Assembly (NCBI GenBank): GCA_050084985.1
Contig: JBITNC010000001.1
Location: 93,682,001-93,746,000 of the forward strand
Direction: 5' to 3'
Length of the DNA stretch: 64,000 nucleotides
DNA from: Nageia nagi
Lineage: Eukaryota > Plantae > Pinophyta
A model generated the notes under the pieces. The model did no database searches and had not been told where the DNA came from. It worked only from the letters and a program-made list of their open reading frames with translations. Below, piece after piece: positions 39,721-53,638 of the stretch (position 1 is its first letter; every line of letters starts with the position of its first letter). The translations under genes were made by a program, and so were the position numbers.

Positions 39721-40875
39721 AAAACTCTCTGGAGAGCTTCCATATGTAGAATTGCTACCACGCATCTATAACTATGGAGGTGGGTTGAAACTTGAAACTG
39801 ATCAGCTCACACTGAGTCTCCAACAGTCCATAAATCAATGCATTAGCAATTCGCAAGAAGCTTAACATCTATCATCTACCCAATTAGATCTGTGTTCTGC
39901 AATCATCTACACCAGTTAATGTCTCAGTCGAAAGATTTTAAATAATGTATTAACCACATCATCATGTCGTTGGGGTAATTTGATAGCTAAGTAGATATCA
40001 GATATGTAGCGGGGGTGGTTGAGTACATATAACTCACATAATTGATAATTCAAAGTAGTCCAGACATCGTGCTTCTGGATTCCCTCCACCAATTACATCA
40101 TTGGTATCAGAACCAAATCAAGGAGGTCAAAAATTTAAAGTTGATCCGATACTAAAAAACCTTTGTTGTGAGAAGAAGGAAATAAAGTATTGAGGCAAAA
40201 AGCTGAGTCAAACTAATATTGCCCATAAAATTTCTGTGTAATTGCTATTACAGAGAAACCCAAAAATAAATCCGTTGCAACACCTGCAGCCGCACACAGT
40301 CTGTCAAATGAGAAAAATCCATAAACACAGATAGAAATGAGAAAAAGAGCAAGGACTTGGAAACTCTGCAGAGAAATCATCATTGAGTTCTACAAATTCA
40401 CAGTCAAGTTTCAGAAACCTGATAGCTGTTTCAAGACCAGAATCGTGTACAAATAATTTTCTGGCCTTGTCTTTAAAAAAAAAATCAACATTCAAAGTCC
40501 AACAATTGTTTGCAAACAAAGCCTGAACATATGCTATGAAAGTTTCTACTTGAGGAGAAGTGTATAAGGAAATCTCTACAATAAAGAGATGCTTCATATC
40601 GATAACATAAAAACTGGTTCTTCGAACACATTTCTCCGCATATACTAAACCAATATTCCACAAGAATGGTTTAGTTGTATAAAGGTGCACAGCACTTTCG
40701 CACTGAAGTGTAATTCCTTGATGAAAGAGGTCACAGAAGCAATAGATAGGGTAGTTTTACCCTTGAAAAAGTTATTAAAGACAGTAACGCATAGCTAGTC
40801 CCACTCGAGCAATTAAACTAATGTAACATTACAGATATGTATGCCATCCACAAAATGCCAATGGATTCAACAAAC

Positions 40876-41193
40876 CTGTGTGCGCTTTGCAAGATGCCTG
40901 AAAGGAGTCCATTTCTGCAACCAGCTAAATGGTGCATGGTTAAGCAACGAAATTCCCTGTATGCTCTTCCACAATAATGGAAACCGCCTTTTCGAAACCC
41001 TTCTTACCAAGTCTAAAGCTGCAATTTTCAGTAGAAAGAAAAATAATTGACTTGAAGATTCACTTGTAATTTTCAACTGCTTCAAGGAAGCGATTGGAGC
41101 AACTGTGTTTTGCAGAAGAGCCTTTCGGACTAATGCAACCAAGGAAGACCTCCGAAATGCCAATTTCTTCCCTCTGATGTTGCTCTCTTCCAT
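40876..41193 (-). CDS. Sec14p-like/CRAL-TRIO phosphatidylinositol transfer family protein, first coding exon
   Basis: ATG at 41193 with an in-frame upstream stop; 106 codons (MEESN...FFLLKIAALDLVRRVSKRRFPLLWKSIQG...WLQKWTPFRHLAKRTQ) ending at donor CAG|GTTTGT, phase 0. From memory, resembles the N-terminus of the plant Sec14-like subfamily (Arabidopsis AT3G22410/AT1G05370 type). Confidence 0.88.
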
Positions 41194-41398
41194 AGTGTTG
41201 CTTGAAGCTGAATTTTGGTTTTGACCACTGTGTTTATTGCTAAATTTGGTACTTTATCTCTGCATATATGAATTCATTATTGCTCGAATTTCTACAGCTA
41301 ATAAATTTTTCAATCAAAAGAAGAACAAATTCCCAATGTCCTTGGGAATTTACTGAAGAAATCTTGAGTTGTATTGTGTTCTTGTCTCCACGCTCAGT
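41194..41398 (-). other. Probable 5'UTR part of the first coding exon
   Basis: Pyrimidine tract plus NAGNAG acceptor (TTTTACCTTTGCTTAGCAG) ending at 41399; an alternative acceptor is possible near 41250. Confidence 0.5.
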
Positions 41399-44300
41399 CT
41401 GCTAAGCAAAGGTAAAAGCTTTATAGTTATAACATTCATTTGACCTTGACATTCTAATATGCTTTCGTCTTTCCAAAATGCTTTTATTTCAAAAACCAAC
41501 TTTGTAATCATGCACTGCTTACATGCATAAACAAATGCTGGCTAGTAGCTAAGATTTGTTTCACTTTTTTCTTTGTGAACCAGAAACTTGAGATGTCGTT
41601 GCCTCAATCACATGTAGACCTTTATCATTTCTGTGCTAAACAAGTGTTTGGATGGACCCACAAACTCGTGCTTAAATCTTCTTTGTCACTTAACCACAAT
41701 TATAATGACTTCAACCTGGCACATGTTAAATAACATATCAGTGCCCAAAAACAGAAAATATTGTTAAAGCATTACTACTCAACCAAAAAGTTAAAATAAC
41801 AATGCCAAGACACGTTAATCAACTGTCAAGAAAAAACAATGTTGCAAAATATAAATTAGTCCGAATGAAAACATATTTCAAGTCAAACTTTTAGAAAAGG
41901 CCCTTCTCTTTATCTTCTTACAGTTCACAAAACTTATTACACCAAGGGGTATAACCTAAAACGATAGGCAAGGGTGGTTGGAGATATTGTAATGTTCTCA
42001 TCGAGTAAGCACTTTTAGAAAAACAAATATATGGTCAATGTAGATACATAATAGATAACCTACTTCCAATATGTAATTAAATACCTGCACAAAATATTAT
42101 AGTAAAACATTTATACTAGATCACATGCTAATCACAACAAACTAATTCATAATTAAATAATACATATGATCCACAGAGAAAAAAATGATAATGGGCAAGG
42201 TGGGGATAGTGTATGTTTGGATCATAGTAGAAGAAAAAGCAGAAGATTGACAATTAACCATGAGAGTCGAGTTGGCTGATCCACAAAAAAAGTAATCACA
42301 ACCCAATCTAGCAATTTTCTGAATTTTATGAAAGCTAGCAATTTTATGACAATCAATTGATGCATGATTACTCATTGGGTATTTGAGTTGTGAACACCAA
42401 CAAAACTGAAAAATATAATTTTTTCAGAAAGCTTCATTTGAATTTCTCAAACCTGGAGAATAGTAATAAGGGTTATAGAAAAAATGAAAAGTAACACCAG
42501 TGGAAGGCCAAAATCATGATACAGTATATACTAATAGTTAGTCAGATTTTCCACCACAGTTGCAAGATAAAAATCATTTTTTGTGTGCCAACGCTGTATA
42601 TTTTTTAGAACTGCAGGTTCTAGACTTATAATTTATGCTTCAAATGTTATTCCTAAATAATTTATATTTCATTCACTTTGCACTTGCAACTCAGGTTTCT
42701 ATCATTTTGATTTTGCATGATGACTGGTAAAAAAGGGACCCTATTGGAAGCATTGCAAACCCACTGAAATACGATGGCAAATGTTTTTGTAACTACTGCG
42801 ATGGTTAAATAATTGGGAGCATCAACAAAACAAAATACCACCTTGCACGAGTAGTTTGTCGTGATGTTAGGCCTTCTAGCAAAAGGAGTCGAAGAACAGA
42901 AATATTGAGAACATGACAAGGCCTTACCAAATAGAAATGGTGGCCCCATTTCCACAATGTTTAGTGGTGGTGTTGGCCCTTACAAAGCAATTTGGCATTA
43001 GCATTAGACATGGAACTGTTTTGCAAGTCCCAGGGTAGCTTGGTTCAATTTTTTTATATACAAAGACAACCTCATTCTCAACCCACCATAGAGGGGATTG
43101 GGTAATAGAACAAAGATGAGCAATAAAGGTAAAGAAGGGTGGTGAAAATGTTTGGTATTTTCCAACATCCAATTCAACACTACAAAGTCATATTGGGAGT
43201 ATCTTCCATAAGCTTCTCGATGCATGAAAACTCTCTTTCCATCTGTCACTTCGAAAGAGCAAGGCACAAATTCCACTACTAACACCAACCAAATCACTAA
43301 TTAACAAAAACCTCCTCACTTCCAAAACACCAAGGAAAAGACTTGATAGAAGAGAACAAAAATGAAACTTACCTTATGTGTCACAATGGCCAAAATTAAA
43401 AGTTGTCCCAACTTTTCAACACACTAAGCACAATGTAAATTTTAAATGAGGAATTTAGGTATATATATTAGCATTGACAATACATGTATTAAATGTCCCT
43501 CATTTATCGCGTTCATTGATGATGTGGTAAAAATCCACATTTTACCGCTGGAACTTGCCTGTGCCATTCGAAGCAACTCAAGCCATCTACTATCGCTTTG
43601 GTTGATAACATAATGCTTTTTAGATTTACCATTCATAGCGACGATGACAAATGACTTAAACACTTGATGTGCCATTTCTCTTGGTGGCGATAAAAAGAAT
43701 CATTATCTTATAAGGACTTCACTACCACTGTGAAAGATAAGTAGACAGCTCATCTGCTTTGCATTCATAGTGCTAGTGCTAAGCATTACAAAATCAAGTG
43801 TTTTGAGTTATCTCAAACTTGTCGGGGAGACTAGACTAGATATAAGATAGAAAAGCCACTCAATGTCGCTTAAACTTATAAATGAAAATTTTGGATGTTT
43901 TTGAAATATTTTAACTTGATTTGAAAATAACAATGATAAAAGAAACCACAATGAATTATCCCTTAAGTTTAAAATTTGAGTCATTAACACCTGCAATTTA
44001 CTGCAAACAGAGGAATGGCATCATCAACCATCCTGATTATATTCAGCAGCATTAGAAGTATCATCCCATATCTCATTCAATCAACTTAAACTACGCTTCC
44101 ACTAGTTGTGAGGAGAAAAAGTCAATATTCCTAGTAAGCATGGAATCTGCCACCATGTTACCTTCAAGAAGTGGAGACAAAAGAGAATGGCCTCTTTTCA
44201 ATTCTTGGCATGCCTTTGCTGGCACTAAGCTAGATCGGTTCAGGGACAAGCCATAATCCTTGGATATCACCTTTAGGCCTCTACATTCAAGTATGGAGAC

Positions 44301-46608
44301 TCTTATGATTCAACCAATATCGTATATATAATTTTGGTGCTTATGTTGAAGGTAGCACTCCAATAGATGCTCTCCCTAATGCATCTCCAACATTACACCC
44401 CTTATTATTTCCCTCAGGTCCCTTACTAGGAGGATATCCTCATAAACAACATTACATTAAGGTTTGTGGTTGTGTTGAATGTACCCAAAAAAATACAATT
44501 TGATGAATACCAACAAGATCAAAAGAGATCCCAAAATTCTAGAAATTCTCTTGGTTTGGCACAAGCAAGCATAATCAAATCTCCTTTGGGGCATCCCAAC
44601 TTTGTGAGGTGATCTCAACATACCTTATTCAGGTATATTAGCCATGCTAAGGTTCAATGACATAGCCAAGGTGCCAAATACATGCCCAACAAAAAGTGTG
44701 CCCCACCTGTTCAAGCAACTCAAAGGAAGTTCAATACCTAATCCCCACCCAAAGTTGTGAAGGTCTATGCCAAATACAATCATGACCCATGTTTAAATAG
44801 AGACAAAGACATTGCTATGAATCAGCCTTTGGTAATATTTTGTGCCCTTCACCAAAGTCCAATTCAGAGACCTTAGATTGCTCTCAAGTTAATATCCAGA
44901 GAAGGTCATCTCCTTTATATTGTGTTTTTAAGGATGGAATAGACAAGTTGAAAAACGAAGGACTGAGGAATGGATTAAGAATAAAGACAAAGGCTGAGAA
45001 GGAGCAAGAACAAAAAGCAAATCACCAAATAAGGCAAATTACCTCAAGACAAATTCCAAGTTGGATCAATCTTAGATAATAGGTCAATCTTTATTTAACA
45101 TAAATACTTAGGTTGGAAATAACTTTAGCCCAACAAACACAATCCAACATTGATAATAAGATAGCTGAAAGCATAAGTAATTGAGTATCAACTTCAATTT
45201 AAACAATTTATCGAAGTAAAAGGAAAATTGTGATGTCCCCAATTTGATAATCCCATTCATGTATGACACTCTCATGCTTGACTTAGTCAACATGGAGTGG
45301 TACGTTCCACTTGAGGAATGATTAAGCATGATTTAATGTATTTTGTAGTGTTTAGGAGTGATTTGGTGTTTAGGAGCAGTTTTAAACAATAAGGCATTTT
45401 AGTGATTTTTAGGGGGCCAAGGAGGTGTTAGAAGACTTGAGGAGGGCCAACTAGCTAAGAAGCGAAGGAGAACTCCATTCAATGCATTTTTATTTTTCCA
45501 TTTGACTACTTGGAGTGGGACGTCCCTCTTCTAGGGATATATAAGCATGTTGTATTGCATCTAGGCATGATTTAAGTAATTAGGGAGTCATTTTGTTTTG
45601 TCCTTAGGCATGATATCATTAGTGGGTATCTCTAGGTGGAATATTTGTGATTCCAAGATACAATTGTGAGCCCAGTGTGGGACGTCTAGTTTTGCATGAT
45701 TCCGAGGTGAGATCTAGATCTCAAAATGGGACGTCTAGCTATAAAGGAGAGGAGTGCACCATTTCGTGATCATATTTGGCTATTATTCATTTATCTGTTT
45801 GAGACTTGGCTGCAAAGTTGGTTTCTAGCCTCTTGTGGACGAAAACCTACAAGAGAGTGGTTTAGGAGGATGAAAACCCTTCTAGATAGAAGGCTTAAGG
45901 AAGAAAACCCTTAAGTCATTATTCTGTGGTTCAGATCCAGTAGTTGGGAGTTCCTTCAGTGGTGCGTCCACCTTGTGGGGGTGTTGGAGAGTTAGTTCAA
46001 TGTTCAAATACAGGGGTTAGAGGCCTTAGCAATGGAGCGTCCTATCAATAAGAGTGTATTGAGCACATTTTGAGCTTCATTATTGCAGATCTGGTCATTC
46101 TAAACCAAACATCTCATTTCCTTGCTTTTATTTTAATTTTTGCAATATTTTATTCCAATTGATTGCAAATTAACAAATAGGTTTGTAAATCCGGTTTGCA
46201 ATAATCTCTCTAGGCAGATCTGAAATAAACTTGTAATTTCAGACTGCAATAATCTTTCCGGGCAAGTTTATAGAAAATCTGTAAATCCTAAATGCAATAA
46301 CTAGTTAAGACAAATCTAGGGCACACTTGTAATTGTTATTTGCAATCATTTCCTGTATTTTCTTGCAAATTCCAGTTCCTCCTAGTTTGGGACATTACAA
46401 TGGTATCAAAGCTAGTCTCCTACCATCCTGTGAATTAAATCTAAAGTTTGTAATCAGACTTGATGAGTCTGTGATCAAATCTGGGAGTGAGCCACCATGA
46501 AGTATGATGAGCAAAAGTTTGATATTTTGCTTGACAAGATGACTCAAATGCTTGTCAAGTTAAACAAGGTGAGAGTTCAGCTAAGACATAGTTGTTTGCT
46601 AAGGAACG

Positions 46609-46747
46609 AGATCTAGGAGGAGAGCCATCATTTCATAGATTTGGATCCACATGAGATCCAGCGGAGGAGAGCCATCATTTCATAGATTTGGATCCACATG
46701 AGATCCAGGGAAGGAGAGCCATCATGTCATAGATTTGGATCCACACA
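46609..46747 (+). repeat. Tandem repeat, 3 x 45-47 bp
   Basis: GAGATC...GGAGAGCCATCATTTCATAGATTTGGATCCACAT repeated three times. Confidence 0.95.
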
Positions 46748-48949
46748 AGATCTGGGTGGAGGAGAGAGTTCAATCCGGAGCGCACCTATTCATCTACCGC
46801 CATTGTCTAGGTCTTCCAAGCCTATGGTCCTTCAAAAGCAAGAGGCAGATTCGGATTATGTATCTGCCACAAAGTTGGATACTTTTTTCCTAGAGCATCA
46901 AAGAGAGTCAAGGGAGTTCAAGGAGACTGTTCCGTTTGCGACATACATGGAGATCTTGGGGAAGAGAGTGAGTGAGAGTCGTTTGCCAGGAAGGAAACCA
47001 ATGATGAGAGAAGAGATTTGTAAAAACTCACAAGATCTGGGCTTCACAACTAACAATTCATATTACTACATGGAATCGGGGAAGAAACAGCTCATCTATG
47101 TGGCCACCAAGATTTTTGCAAAGGAAGCCAAGCACATATAGATCTGCAATGAATGGTGAAATTGCGAAAGGCAAAGAGGAACAAGAAAAATCAGTTATGG
47201 ATCCTGAAGCAAAAGTTGATGGCCCTAAATTTGAGATGGAAAAGATGGCGGTAAATAAAATTGAAGGCATTCCTGAAGATCATGAGCAGCCAAGAGAAGA
47301 ATTCATATCAGAAAATGTTGAGGAAGAAATTGCCTTTCCATTTGAGGAATCATGAAAAAGGAATATAGAGGTGGCTAATTTTGAAGACAAACCAAAGTTA
47401 TTATTAAACGGAATTGATTTTGTTCAAAAGCCTAGCGATGAAGATGGGACAAGGGTTGAAGAAGAGGCACTTGAGACTTGGAATGGCCATGGAGTCACCA
47501 TTGACAGGTATGGAATTAATTCTGGTATTTATGACAGCAATTCATTAACTTGGCATAACACTAACAATAAGGTGCAAGCATTGTCTAAGATTGGTGAGGG
47601 TCAAGAAGGTTTGAGTTTGACTCTCAAACCAAACCTTTGGGGAGAAATATTCATGATCATTTCACTATTGATAATTTGAAGGGTGATTTATTTGGGGAGC
47701 ACAATGCACATGTTTTCTTTAACAAAGCAATCAGCCCTTCAGGCTGTGGGATCCTGGAGCCTTGGCACCAGAATATGATGAAGAACCCATGTGGGATGTA
47801 CTTCCCTTTGACTACAGTACTGTTCTAACTTCATCTCAGGAGTTATGCATAAAGGATGACATTGAGGAAGTTGATTTTGAGGGGTTTCATATTGAAAAAA
47901 TCAGTGTTTGAGGAAGCTGATTTAGAGGGGTTTCTTCAAAACAAATCAAAATCAGCATTGCATGGAGCTGATTCTGAGCAAGGGCTTAGTGACTTTGTTG
48001 TCTTGGACACACAGTTTACTGCTGAAATCGGAAAAGGAAAAGTAGATAAAACTTGGGACAGCAAGGGAGACACCATTGAGAGATATTATGTATCATGTAT
48101 GTTTCCTAGCAGCAGTTAATTTATGCATGGTTGTATCATTCATAAAGAAATTGTGGAGGCCGAAATAAAGAACTTGGAAGACCCCAAATTTGATGAAGAA
48201 ATTGTTGTAGATAATTCTTCTTGTGCATCTGCAAATGGAGTAGATCTTCAAGATGACATTGAGATCAAAGGAGCAGTGATTTAGAGATTGCTAAATCAGC
48301 AACTAAGGAAGGTATGAAGATTTGTTTGGGGAACTATTCGGTGGTTGATGATTTCCATGTGTTTTCTATGGGAGGAATACCAAATGTAGTTCTTGGGGCA
48401 CAATGGTTCTATCCAACGGGTGATGAGACTTCCAATTACCAAACGTTGGAGTTAAAATTCAAACCTGGAGGATGTGACATCATCTTAAGGAGAATTACGG
48501 ATCAATACCCTCAACAAGTGAACTCAAGTAGAATGGAGGTAGTGTATGACGGCAGCAGAGTTTGTGAGGAGAATCCTATTTCAGATTTGATGAAGGATGT
48601 GAGAGATGAGGATCTCAACATGTAGCATGAGGTATCAGATTTTTGTGAACTTGATCAAAGACCTAGTGAGGAAACCTTTTGGAGCTTCCAGCATTCAGTT
48701 TTGAGCTTCCAAGAGGGACGTCCAATTCTTGAGAGACTTTGGAGGAGTCTTGAGCATCAGATTCAATGGCATCAGCCTTGGAGAGGTTCGTCCACCTTCT
48801 AGGGCATCATTTGTGCCATTTTGACACTTGGAACAGCCATGAAGACGCTTTAAAAATGTATGACATAAATTCTGATTTTTGTATGCAATATGAAAGCAGT
48901 TCTTTATTTTTGGGAAGGATTGACACTCATGAGAATGTTGGGAAGGAGT

Positions 48950-49873
48950 CAATAATGGCGTCTAGGGCTGCTTTCCTGTTGATTTTTGAGACTGCACTTT
49001 TGGTGATTTGTGAGGTTGCATTTCTGATGAAATGTTGGGCTGAGTCTTTTTTTTAGATGACTGCAAATTTAATGATAATTAAGACTGCAACGATGGCGAG
49101 GGTGATGACTGCAGTTGCTTCCTTTGGGTCACTTGGAGTAACAATTTGGATAGCGTTTGGGACTGCACTTCTAGAGTTGTCTTCTGCCTTATTTCTGACA
49201 TCATTTTGCGCTGCAACTTTCTTGAGGTAGGAGGTCAAACTTGCTATGAAGGAAGCTCTGTTTTTTTCATCATGTGGAGCCATAATTCTGATAGTGTTCG
49301 AGGCTGCATTTCCAATAGAATGTTGGGCTGCATTGTTGATGTTTTGGATGAAGAAGTGTTTGGGGCTGTTCAAATCATGTTTGTCACATTGAAAAAGACT
49401 GCATTCCTAATGGAGACTGCTGCTGTGTTTCTAATAATGATTGGGACTGCACTCTCTTTGATAATGAGGACTGTTGGAGCTGCATTTGTGATGGTGATTG
49501 AGGATGCATTACTGCTGAATTTTAAGACAGCATTTTTTGACATTTGGGGCAGTCTTTCTGATGACACTTAGGATGACAACTGCTGATTCATTTCCTATGT
49601 TTTGGCAGCGTTTCTAATGGTGTTTACTGCTGCATTACTGACAATGTTTTGGGCCGTACTTTTTATGATACATCTAATGGTGTTTGGGGATGTGTTGGAG
49701 ATAATGGAGGCTGCATTTTGTATCAGATCCGCGTTCTTTATGATTGCTGTATCTCATTTGATGACTGCTAATGCATTTCCTATGTTTTGGGCAGCGTTTC
49801 TAAATGGTGTTTACTGTTGCAATACTGACAATGTTTTGGGATGTACTTTTCATGATATATCTAATGGTGTTTT
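48950..49873 (+). repeat. Degenerate ~21-27-bp minisatellite (GCTGCATTTCTRATG-type) plus a ~180-bp duplication
   Basis: Recurrent GRCTGCA..T.TGAT units; 49577-49760 recurs at 49760-49873 continued by 51440-51520. Confidence 0.7.
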
Positions 49874-51437
49874 GATCCGAAATGGATCATATGATTAATG
49901 CCAAAATATCATTAGAGTGAGGATTTGATGAATTCTCATGCTTGGATGGTGTTTGGAGCATTTTCCTCATGGTCTTGTAGAGTTGTCATATCTTGAACCT
50001 GTCACAAAATATATCAGTCATCTTTGGGAAGGCATAACTTTTGATAGAGACATCCAATTGAGTTGATTCTTTTTGCATTGGATGGTCGTCAAAGATACCT
50101 TTCCAACGAGTATACATATGCCTAGCTTCGTGGAAGATTTGACCTTCATAAGAGATGTTTTTGTGAGAACTGTCCTTATCCAAAATACTGCATTTAGAGC
50201 GTCCATGAGTGCTAACAGTCAAAACAAAGCACCGACACCGTGCGAACAGTGGAACCTTGGGGCAGGTGAAGTGTCACGAACACCTCGTGGAGGAAGATGA
50301 AGTGAAAGATCATCAGAAGGCAAAGAGGCAGTTTTGGCAACCGAAAACGAATCCTTAAGGATAATTTGGAGAAAAAGAAGAGAGAGAAAAAAGAAGGAGA
50401 AAAAGAAACGTATTGGTGAACATTGTGAGGAAGAGGAGTGTAGCCACTTATGAGGCAGACTGCTACCATTGTTAGAGCAGACCCTGCAACTGTTAGTGAA
50501 CAACTACAGCCATTGAAGAGATTGTTCTGGCTGGATGGAAATCAAAACCAAGGTGGAGCAAGTCTTCATGGAGCTTCTTCTTCTCATTGCCATGTTTGTT
50601 GTTGGTTGGCTGGACAACATCATAGCCTGTTGATTAGTATGAAATGTAATAACCTTAGTGTAGAGTGAACAATATCATTGTCATTCTATGCTATATATAT
50701 TTCTTGTATTCTTTATGAATTGAGTAGACCACACAATGTTGTAGTGGCAATAACATTGTGTGGGAGCATATTGTATTTGTGGGAGGTATGATATGTGAGT
50801 CCAATACATTTATGTAATATCATTTGTTCATTATACTCTTAGAGGGAGATAGTGAGTAGCCTTGAGAGTCCTTCATGTTGTCCAAGAAGAATGATCTAAT
50901 AAGCTTGTATAAGTCTTTCAGCCAAGAGATTTGGGAGAACAGAGCTGGGGTCATGGATGGCATTGAAGACAGAAATCAGAAATGAACACTGTAAAAAAAA
51001 CAGCACCAACACCGTGCTTTCAGAGACAGAAGGGCACGGATGTCATGGAAGCAGTGGTAAATGCAGTTATGAGTTGCACAGAACATTGGCAACTTGGAGA
51101 ACATTGTGTACAACCATTTTGGTTGATAAAGAGGGGCTAAGAAGACAATAAGAAAGCATGAAGGTGTATGAATGTCCAAAGAAAGGCATAGCAGGTAGCT
51201 TTATAGTTTTGGCTTCCTAAATTGTTGATCAATAATAAAATCAGAGATTAAAAGGGGATGTACTCTCACATTGAGAGGAACCTCTATAAATATTTGTGTT
51301 CTTTATATGGATGCGCATTCTTTATTAGTCATATGTTGATATTGGTGCATATTAAGAATATGGAGAGCATAGAGATAAATAAAAATATTAATATGTATTT
51401 AAGGATTCGTGTAAGCCATAGGCTTCAAGTGATTACA
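49874..51437 (+). mobile_element. 5'-truncated non-coding LTR element segment (internal region, PPT, LTR) inside the Gypsy element
   Basis: Homologous (inverted) to 20100-20915; PPT AGAGGGAGA 50841-50849; ends GATTACA at 51437, after which the host repeat resumes. Confidence 0.65.
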
Positions 51438-52893
51438 GATAATGTTTGGGGATGTGTTGGAGACAATGGAGGCTGCATTCTGTATTAGATCTGTGTTCTA
51501 TATGACTATTGCATCTTGTTTGATGGAAGGAGCTACTTGGGTTGCATTCTTTGTGATAATAAGGAATTGGGTGATGTACCCTTGGGCACACAAAGCTATT
51601 TTTGTTGGGCTGGGGAAGATTGATATACACATGCACGAGTTAGTAGATTTCATGTATGCTTATTTGCAAGACATGAAAGATGACAATGATGTGGTGAAGT
51701 TAGACTACAAAAAGTACTTGGTTGGTTGGGTGTTGTATTCGCATGATGATGAACAGTTTCAGATTTTACTTGCAGCATGTATGGATCTTGATGTTGTCCT
51801 TGCACAAAAGGATACTTGGAAGACAATATCTCGACACGTTGATGATGTGGAGCCAGAATTTGATGTCAATTCTGCAGGAAGAGAGAAACAAGACATGGGT
51901 GACATTGTTGTTGTTGAAGAGGTTGCACATCCTATTTGGAAATAACTTGAGGACAAGCAATTTTGGGTGGGGTGGACTTGTAATGTCCCCAGTTTGAGAA
52001 TCCCATCCATGTATGACACTCTCATGCTTGACTTAATCAACATGGAGTGGGACGTTCCCCTTGAGGAATGATTAAGTGTGATTTAATGTATTTTGTAGTA
52101 TTTAGGAGTGATTTGGTTAAGTTTAATTTCAATAGCTTCTTTAATTCTTCGTTCTTTGCCTAAATCAATGGCTATTGGAATTCCGAGATCATTCTCTTAA
52201 ATCTCTAGGTCATAAATTGGGGTGACACAAATTCCTTAGGAAACCTTGGCTTGTTCTAGCTTTTTGAAAATCTAGTGGTTTTCTTCAAATCTAACTCTTT
52301 CAACTCTAATAGCTATCAGCTTAAGTCAGAATTTTCAGGTATTTTGTAACATTAACAACTTGGGAAACAATGTTTCTTCAAAATTGTTTCTGAATTTCAT
52401 TTAAATCTGCTCTATTTTTCCTAGGCTAAATTTGATGATTGTCAGCTTGAGTAGAAACTTTTAGGAATTTGATGACATCAGCAACTAAAAACCTCTGATG
52501 TCAATGAAACATTGGCTGGATTAAAAGTTTTTTTATAATAATTCCTTGATGGGATCACAGGTTTTACTCTTTTGAGAGTATTAAATCAAAGCTTACAAAA
52601 ATAAAAACCTTGGGAACAAGACAACAAAAACATACAATAAACTAACAAAAGGCTATGACTAATACACAAATAAGTTTCATAGCTTTAGGGATACTCTATC
52701 TAAAGGAAGCATCTATTGATGACTACAAAAGCCAAAAGGTCCACCATAGAACCAAAGATCGCAATCGCTTTCCCTAAAAAAATCTCCTAGCCAATTGGTT
52801 GCCCGACACCCACACCACAACCCTCTAAGGAGTAATGTATGCAGGTCTTCCTCATAAAATGCACAACGTTTGAACCACAAATCAAGGATACTA

Positions 52894-52979
52894 AACACAT
52901 TTCTAGCAAAACAAGTCATAGAACACATTTCTAGCAAAACAAGTCATAGAACACATTTCTAGCAAAACAAGTCATAGAA
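52894..52979 (+). repeat. Perfect tandem repeat, 3 x 28 bp
   Basis: AACACATTTCTAGCAAAACAAGTCATAG at 52894, 52922 and 52950. Confidence 0.97.
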
Positions 52980-53257
52980 ATGCTAGAACCAACACCAACT
53001 CTAGCCAAGTTGTGTAGAGGACCCAAAGAGTATTGATCAATCTAGGTTAAAAAATGACAAATCTCTCCCAACAAGATAAGAAACATGAGACTCCAATGAA
53101 TAGCAACCAATTCAAGAAGGAGACAATCTAGTATCAAATGTAACATAGAACTTCCTCAACCCCCTCGATAGAAAGAGCAACCCATACCTATGGCCAAATC
53201 CACTCAACCAAGTTGATGGCTTCATTAATAGACACATCCAGACTAGCATTTAACATG

Positions 53258-53638
53258 TAGCCTCTCCTAAGACAAGCTCATAACATTGAACACATTTGAT
53301 GAAGATTCTTGATTCAATCAACTTAATGTCCTACAACTTAATAGTTCTTGTTAGATATTGCAAATTCCACTTGCTCCACAACTTAACCTGCACTATACTA
53401 TTGTCCCCTTGAACTCATGAAAGTTTGCATCAATGCGCACACATGCACTAGTATTCAAGAAAAAGTAGTCTCTCCTAAGACAAGCTCATATCTTTGTGCA
53501 CATTTGATGAAGATTCTTCAATCAATCAACTTGAAGTCCTTCTACAACTTAATAGTTCTTGTTAGATATTGCAAATTCCACTTGTTCCAAAACTCAAGTT
53601 GGACGCTATTGTCATCCTCTTGAACTCATAAAAGTTTG
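53258..53638 (+). repeat. Diverged tandem duplication (~170-bp match, ~208-bp period)
   Basis: CTCTCCTAAGACAAGCTCATA...CTTGAACTCATRAAAGTTTG occurs twice. Confidence 0.9.

Larger units (their letters stand above)
45229..52116 (+). mobile_element. Non-autonomous chromovirus-like Ty3/Gypsy element with truncated 3'LTR
   Basis: 5'LTR 45229-46399 (TGTGATGTCCC...GGGACATTACA), PBS TGGTATCAAAGC 46401-46412, retropepsin C-terminal remnant (DFHVFSMGGIPNVVLGAQWF, 48314-48625), chromodomain-like YLVGW and terminal LEDK, PPT ~51965-51978, 3'LTR from 51979 matching the 5'LTR for ~138 bp; no RT or integrase seen. Confidence 0.85.

Noticed and set aside
40304-40690. 128-aa minus-strand ORF as an extra exon or gene
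   Set aside because: No recognisable domain or convincing splice pair; exons 1 and 2 already join in frame.
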